From the NCBI GenBank assembly GCA_018829385.1, contig JAHJUC010000361.1, positions 1 through 62,109 of the forward strand: a stretch of 62,109 nt of DNA, written 5' to 3'. Positions 57,008-62,109 of the stretch are shown piece after piece (the stretch's first letter is position 1; the number at the start of each line of letters is the position of its first letter). A program made the translations under genes and the position numbers. The stretch is from Alphaproteobacteria bacterium. Its GTDB lineage: Bacteria > Pseudomonadota > Alphaproteobacteria > Rhizobiales > Rhizobiaceae. The notes under the pieces are model-generated. The model ran no database searches. It was not told where the DNA came from and worked only from the letters and a program-made list of their open reading frames with translations.

Positions 57008-60000
57008 TCCGCTGGTTTGCCGGACACCCCACAGCTTCGAACCTGTTGCTGCTGCTTTTCATCGCCGCCGGACTGTTTGCTTTTCCAACACTCAAGCGCG
57101 AAACCTTTCCCGACTTTCGCCCGGTCGAGGCGGAGATCAGAATCGTCTATCGGGGCGCCACGGCGGAAGATGTGGAAACATCGATTTGCCGCCCGCTCTG
57201 GGATGCATTGCAGTCTGTCGAGGGGCTAGATGAACTTGCCTGTGTCGCCCAGGACAACAATGCCCGCGCTGTTGCGACGCTTGCAGCCGGCGGGGATGCG
57301 CTCCGTTTTGTCAACGAAGTGCGGACCGAGGTCAGCGCCATCGACAGTTTTCCCGATCGCGCTGACCCACCGGTGGTCCGCGAGCTACACCGCACCGATC
57401 TGGTAACCTCGGTCGCCGTCTCAGGCGATCTGCCGCCGCGTGAACTCGAGTTATACGCCTCCGACCTGTCGGACCGGATCGCCGCCCTTCCTGAAGTGGC
57501 CAAGGTTCTTACGTCAGGTTTCGGGGACCGGCAGTTTCGCATCGAGATTCCGCATGCTGTTTTGTCTCAGCACGGGCTGACCGCGCAGAGTTTGGCCGCC
57601 ATTCTCGGCACACAGAGCCTTGACCGCCCGCTGGGCACTCTGGAGACACCAGGTGGCGACCTGAGCCTGCGCTTTACCGAAGAGCGGCGCAGCGCCTTGG
57701 AACTTGCCGCAATTCCGGTGCTGACACTGGCCAATGGTGCCAGTCTGACATTGGGCGAAATTGCCCGGATCAGCGAGCATTACAGCCCAAATGAAGAACG
57801 GGCGCAGCTTAACGGCACTCGAGCCGCGCTGCTCGCAGTGCACAAATCGCTCGATGCAGATGCACTGCGTGCGCTCGACAGGGTCAAGGAACTTATGGCG
57901 GAGGAAAACGCTGGCCTGCCGCCGGCAGTCCGCGTTGAGGTGGTACAGGATGTGACCTCGATCATCCGCGACAGATTGGCGATGCTGGTCAGCAACGGCA
58001 TCATCGGACTGGTACTGGTGATCCTGGTGATGAGCCTGTTCTTCCGGCCTGGATACGCAATATGGGTGGCAATGGGGCTTCCGGTGGCCTTCCTCGGTGC
58101 CTTCGTATGGATGTCGCTTACCGGTCTGTCGCTGAACATGATCACCTTGGTGGCGCTGCTAATGGCCATAGGCATCGTCATGGACGATTCCATCGTGATT
58201 TCAGATTCGATCGCCACTGCCTCTGCTCAAACGGGCAATAATCTTGATTCCGTGACCCGCGGTGTGTTGGCGGTTACGCCCGGTGTATTGTCGTCCTTCT
58301 TGACCACACTGGCCGTGTTTGCGCCGCTGTCGTTTCTTGCCGGCGATTTGGGCAAGGTGCTTGAAGTGTTGCCGGTGGTACTGCTGGCCGCCTTGGCCGC
58401 CAGCCTGATCGAAGCCTTCGTAATATTGCCCCACCATCTTAAGCACGCGCTGTCGGGCATCGCAAAGGCGCCCTCGAAGTTCCGCCGGAAGTTTGATGCA
58501 GGATTCGACGTGATTCGGGATCGATGGGTAGGACGCGCAGCTGACCGCGCTATCGACCGGCGGTATCTGGTGGTTGGAATTGCGATTGCCGCGTTAATTA
58601 TCACAGCCGGCGCCATGGCCGGTGGTCTGGTCAAACGCGAGGCGATGCCGGAAATTGACGGTGATGTACTGGAAGCGCGGATCATGCTCGCGCAGGGTGC
58701 ACCGTTAGGCCGCACCGAAGCCGTCGTGGCCCAGGTAGAGGCTGCCCTGAACCGGGTCAATGACCGGTTCGCACCAGCGCAACCTCAGGGGCAGTCGCTT
58801 GTCCAGCGCACCATCTCCCGCTTCAACTACAATGTCTCGGCGTCGCAAAGCGGCGCGCATCTGGCCACGGTATCCGCAGATCTGTTGAATGCGGAAACAC
58901 GAAACACGACACTGGATGAAATTATTTCCGCATGGCGTGAAGAGGCCGAACCTTTGCCCGGCGTAACGTCGTTGATCCTGGCGGAACCGGGAATCGGTCC
59001 GCAGGGTGTCGCAGTGGAATTGCGCCTGTCACACCCAGATCTGGATGTTCTGTTACAGGTCGCCGAAGCAACCCGGCGGGAAATGGAAAGTTACGAGGGC
59101 GTTCTCAACGCGATGGTAGACCTGCGCCCCGGTAAACCCGAACTGCGGTTCCGGCTGGCGCCGGGTGCCCATGTCCTGGGACTAACGTCGGCTGATGTGG
59201 CGGCCCAGATCAGCTCGGCCTATCTGGGGACACAGCTTGTCGATGTGCGGCAGGGCCAGATCACCCACGAGATCGAGTTGCTGCTGGCCGACGATAACCG
59301 TGACAGTCAATCGGATCTGGAGAATTTTACCCTCACTCTGCCCGATGGAGGTGAAATTCCGCTGGCCACCGTTGCCGACTGGCAGGAAGCCCGCGGCTGG
59401 GGCAGCATCACCCAGGTGGATGGCCTGCGCACGGTGACCGTGCAGGCCGATGTGGACGGCCGCTACGGCAATGCCGATGCGATCACATCACGCCTGGCCA
59501 AGGGATTTTTGCCGGACCTGGTCGTGGCAACGCCCGGTCTGGGTTTCGAGATCCTCGGTCAGGCCGCCAATTCGGCAGAAACCGTCGGCTCGATCATGAT
59601 CGGGTTTCTGATCGGCCTGATTGGCATCTATCTGATCTTGTCTTTTCAATTCCGCAGTTATGTCGAACCGGTGATCGTGATGTTGACGATCCCGCTGGCT
59701 TTCCTCGGCGTGATCTGGGGTCACGCAGCAATGGGCTACAACATCTCGATGCCCTCACTGGTCGGGGCCGCATCGCTTGCCGGGATTGTGGTCAACAACG
59801 CCATTCTCCTGATCGAAGTGATCAAGGAAAAGGCCGGCGCGGATGTAACCGTGGCGGAAGCGGCAGGCCTGGCGGTGCGTGCACGGTTCCGGCCGATCTT
59901 CGTGTCGGTGACGACAACAATACTTGGGATGGCACCATTGCTGGCGGAAACTTCGACCCAGGCGCAGACGCTCAAACCACTGGTGATCTCGGTGGTGTTT

Positions 60001-60177
60001 GGCCTGCTCACGTCAACCACCTTGGTGTTGTTGGTGCTGCCGGCACTTTATGCAATCCTCGCCGAATTGGGACTGGCCCGGGCCGGCCGGGCGTTGCCAG
60101 AAGCGGAGGCGTCGCTGCGGGCGGACTCGCAAATCAGTGATGGCTCACACACTGTCTCGAAAGGATCCAGCACCTGA
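57004..60177 (+). CDS. RND efflux permease (AcrB/AcrD/AcrF family)
   Basis: GIVMDDSIV, GIVVNNAILL, RFRPI..TTT.LG..PL; 1057 aa. Confidence 0.95.
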   Translation: MIRWFAGHPTASNLLLLLFIAAGLFAFPTLKRETFPDFRPVEAEIRIVYRGATAEDVETSICRPLWDALQSVEGLDELACVAQDNNARAVATLAAGGDALRFVNEVRTEVSAIDSFPDRADPPVVRELHRTDLVTSVAVSGDLPPRELELYASDLSDRIAALPEVAKVLTSGFGDRQFRIEIPHAVLSQHGLTAQSLAAILGTQSLDRPLGTLETPGGDLSLRFTEERRSALELAAIPVLTLANGASLTLGEIARISEHYSPNEERAQLNGTRAALLAVHKSLDADALRALDRVKELMAEENAGLPPAVRVEVVQDVTSIIRDRLAMLVSNGIIGLVLVILVMSLFFRPGYAIWVAMGLPVAFLGAFVWMSLTGLSLNMITLVALLMAIGIVMDDSIVISDSIATASAQTGNNLDSVTRGVLAVTPGVLSSFLTTLAVFAPLSFLAGDLGKVLEVLPVVLLAALAASLIEAFVILPHHLKHALSGIAKAPSKFRRKFDAGFDVIRDRWVGRAADRAIDRRYLVVGIAIAALIITAGAMAGGLVKREAMPEIDGDVLEARIMLAQGAPLGRTEAVVAQVEAALNRVNDRFAPAQPQGQSLVQRTISRFNYNVSASQSGAHLATVSADLLNAETRNTTLDEIISAWREEAEPLPGVTSLILAEPGIGPQGVAVELRLSHPDLDVLLQVAEATRREMESYEGVLNAMVDLRPGKPELRFRLAPGAHVLGLTSADVAAQISSAYLGTQLVDVRQGQITHEIELLLADDNRDSQSDLENFTLTLPDGGEIPLATVADWQEARGWGSITQVDGLRTVTVQADVDGRYGNADAITSRLAKGFLPDLVVATPGLGFEILGQAANSAETVGSIMIGFLIGLIGIYLILSFQFRSYVEPVIVMLTIPLAFLGVIWGHAAMGYNISMPSLVGAASLAGIVVNNAILLIEVIKEKAGADVTVAEAAGLAVRARFRPIFVSVTTTILGMAPLLAETSTQAQTLKPLVISVVFGLLTSTTLVLLVLPALYAILAELGLARAGRALPEAEASLRADSQISDGSHTVSKGSST

Positions 60178-60230
60178 GTACCGTCAAACACATCACTATC
60201 AAGAGGGCCCCTGTTGGCTCTGGCAATTGC

Positions 60231-61496
60231 ATGACCAGTCTCTGCCAAGGAATGTATTTGTCCCGTGTCAAGCGGCAGCATCTGTGGGCAAACTTATCGT
60301 CAGCGGGGCCTTGGAAAACGGAAGAACTGTCCGCCCGCTGGTTCTTGCGCGCCATCCTTTTGCCGATCATTTTGATGGTTTTGATGAGCGGGTGCGTGAG
60401 CCTGCCCCGTACCACGCTTTCGGAAGCGGATCAGGATGCCGCCGTGATCGAGGGCTTTTCGGGGATCAGATTTTGGGGCGACGGCCCCGCCGGCGAGCTC
60501 GGCCTGGGTGGATCAATGTCCCGGCCGCAAATGCGATCGGGTCGCATTAGCTATCTGGTGCTTTCGGGGGGCGGTTCCGGTGGCGCATATGGAGCCGGAG
60601 TTCTGGCAGGCTGGTCAGCAGTGGGAACGAGGCCGACATTTGACGTAGTGAGCGGTGTAAGCACCGGCGCGCTCATTGCGCCATTCGCGTTCCTTGGATC
60701 ATCATATGATCCCATTCTCACTGAGTTGTATACAAGCGGAGTTGCAGAAACGCTTTTCAAACCGCGACCGGCCGCTTTGTTTTTTGGGTCCGCTATCTCC
60801 GACGCAACACCACTGCGGCATCTGGTGGCGCGTTACGTCACCAACGATATGCTCCGGAACATAGCGGCTGAACATGAGAAAGGGCGCCGCTTTTTTGTCG
60901 TCACGACCAATCTGGACGCACAGCGAACTGTCATCTGGGATATGGGCGCAATCGCCGCAAGCAGCGACGATCAGGCGCTGGATCTGTTCCGCGATGTGCT
61001 CATCGCCTCGGCAAGTATCCCCGCCGTGTTCCCGCCGGTGATGATTGACGTGAAAGTGGACGGCAAACGATTCCAGGAAATGCATGCCGATGGCGGTGCC
61101 ACCACGCAATTGTTCACGGCGCCCGAATCTCTCCTGGCATCAGCCGATATCGATCCGCCGATCAAGCAGGGAAAGGTTGATCTCTATATCATTCTCAACG
61201 GTACTCTCGATCCTGAGTTCGAGTCCGTGAAATCGGCGACGCTGGCGATCGCGGGTAGAGCCTATTCAACACTCGTCAAGACGCATGCACGATCCACCGT
61301 CAACGCGACATATGCTTTGACGCAGCGGGCGGGGATCAACTTCAATCTCACATACCTTGATGAGGTCGTTGCCTACAAAATCACGGATCCATTCAATACT
61401 GACTATATGCGTCGCCTGTTTGCGATCGGGCACCAAAAAGCAGTGTCGGGGAATGCCTGGCGGAAGCGTCCGCCGGCAGCGGGCAGCAACATGTGA
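60231..61496 (+). CDS. Patatin-like phospholipase, probable lipoprotein
   Basis: LMSGC lipobox, GGGSGG, GVSTG, ASASIP, DGG; start uncertain. Confidence 0.9.
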   Translation: MTSLCQGMYLSRVKRQHLWANLSSAGPWKTEELSARWFLRAILLPIILMVLMSGCVSLPRTTLSEADQDAAVIEGFSGIRFWGDGPAGELGLGGSMSRPQMRSGRISYLVLSGGGSGGAYGAGVLAGWSAVGTRPTFDVVSGVSTGALIAPFAFLGSSYDPILTELYTSGVAETLFKPRPAALFFGSAISDATPLRHLVARYVTNDMLRNIAAEHEKGRRFFVVTTNLDAQRTVIWDMGAIAASSDDQALDLFRDVLIASASIPAVFPPVMIDVKVDGKRFQEMHADGGATTQLFTAPESLLASADIDPPIKQGKVDLYIILNGTLDPEFESVKSATLAIAGRAYSTLVKTHARSTVNATYALTQRAGINFNLTYLDEVVAYKITDPFNTDYMRRLFAIGHQKAVSGNAWRKRPPAAGSNM

Positions 61497-61768
61497 CGCG
61501 AGTCCGGAAAGAAAAGCCAATCCGCTGAAGATCGTGGGGGCTACCACGGATGCAAAGTCGGATTGCTGCCCGCCTGTCTTTCGCTCAGTCAATCCGATCT
61601 TCGAGAAAACTATGGACCATTCCGCGAGGCCAGGCGGCCGCCCTGCCTCGCTCAAGAGTCTTGTTCTGACAATGCACTGATGGAAGAATTTCAGCATAAA
61701 TTAATCCCGAAATGCCAGTCTGCCGCTGAGAAGCGTGCCAAAAATGATTATCGGGCACGAGGGGAACC

Positions 61769-61968
61769 ATGTACGCACACTCCGTCGAGAAGCGTTTTAT
61801 TCAGATCGTATGTGCCGCATTGTTGCTGCTCATAGCGCCGCTTTTTGCTTTGTTTTTCCACCTTTCTTATGAACGCGCAGCGACTGAAAACCGCAAAAAC
61901 ATCGATTTGACGATGGTGGCCAATGTTCAGGCGCTCGGCAAACCACTTTGGGATTTTGACGTTGATAG
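61769..61968 (+). pseudogene. 5' part of a membrane sensor/signalling gene interrupted by IS21
   Basis: GAGGGG RBS; MYAHSVEKRFIQIVCAALLLLIAPLFALFF...QALGKPLWDFDVD runs into the IS end. Confidence 0.6.
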
Positions 61969-62109
61969 TGTCAACGGCGGAGTAAAACCCGGCCAGGCGG
62001 CGGCGCAAAAATCGGCCACTCTTTGTGCGCGCATGAGGCTGCCGCGAGGGCGTAGCCCGAGTGGGGGTCTCATGCGCGCGCGGCGATTTCCGGAGGGTTT
62101 CAGCCGGCC
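61969..62109 (+). mobile_element. IS21-family terminal region, continuing beyond the window
   Basis: TGTCAACGGCGG end with tandem subterminal repeats GCGGAGTAAAACCCGGCCA and GCGGCGCAAAAATCGGCCA. Confidence 0.8.

Noticed and set aside
61748-62008. 86-aa minus-strand ORF
   Set aside because: It spans the IS21 junction and is antisense to a better-supported plus-strand gene fragment.

Overview
GC-rich alphaproteobacterial (Rhizobiales-like) accessory DNA, probably from a plasmid or island, made of modules separated by IS scars. From left to right: (1) the tniA-tniB end of a Tn7/Tn5053-like transposon; (2) a decaying DUF2249/membrane-protein/Nfu_N-DUF59 cluster, small hypothetical genes, nsrR and two pseudogenes; (3) a ~26.7 kb nitrite-to-N2 denitrification block bracketed by two 30-bp IS6 ends, containing nnrS, nnrU, nosRZDFYLX, hemN, norCBQD, nnrT-like genes, an orphan MauG-like di-heme enzyme, an intact DUF2249/DUF59/DUF1858 cluster, nnrR, pseudoazurin, ccoS and an AniA-type nirK, with many NnrR-type boxes; (4) a TRAP/DeoR/DUF1537-kinase/PdxA2/lactonase acid-sugar catabolic locus; (5) a patchwork of IS fragments; (6) an operon next to a RutR-like regulator, led by an atypical uracil-DNA-glycosylase-family gene and followed by a GMC oxidoreductase, NIPSNAP, a nucleoside-type ABC transporter and a deaminase-type amidohydrolase; (7) TetR, an RND efflux pair and a patatin; (8) a membrane sensor gene cut by an IS21-family element at the right edge. 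Module 6 is the best candidate for an undescribed system, possibly catabolism of a modified nucleoside or base. No rRNA, tRNA or CRISPR array was seen. Family assignments come from motif recognition, not database searches.
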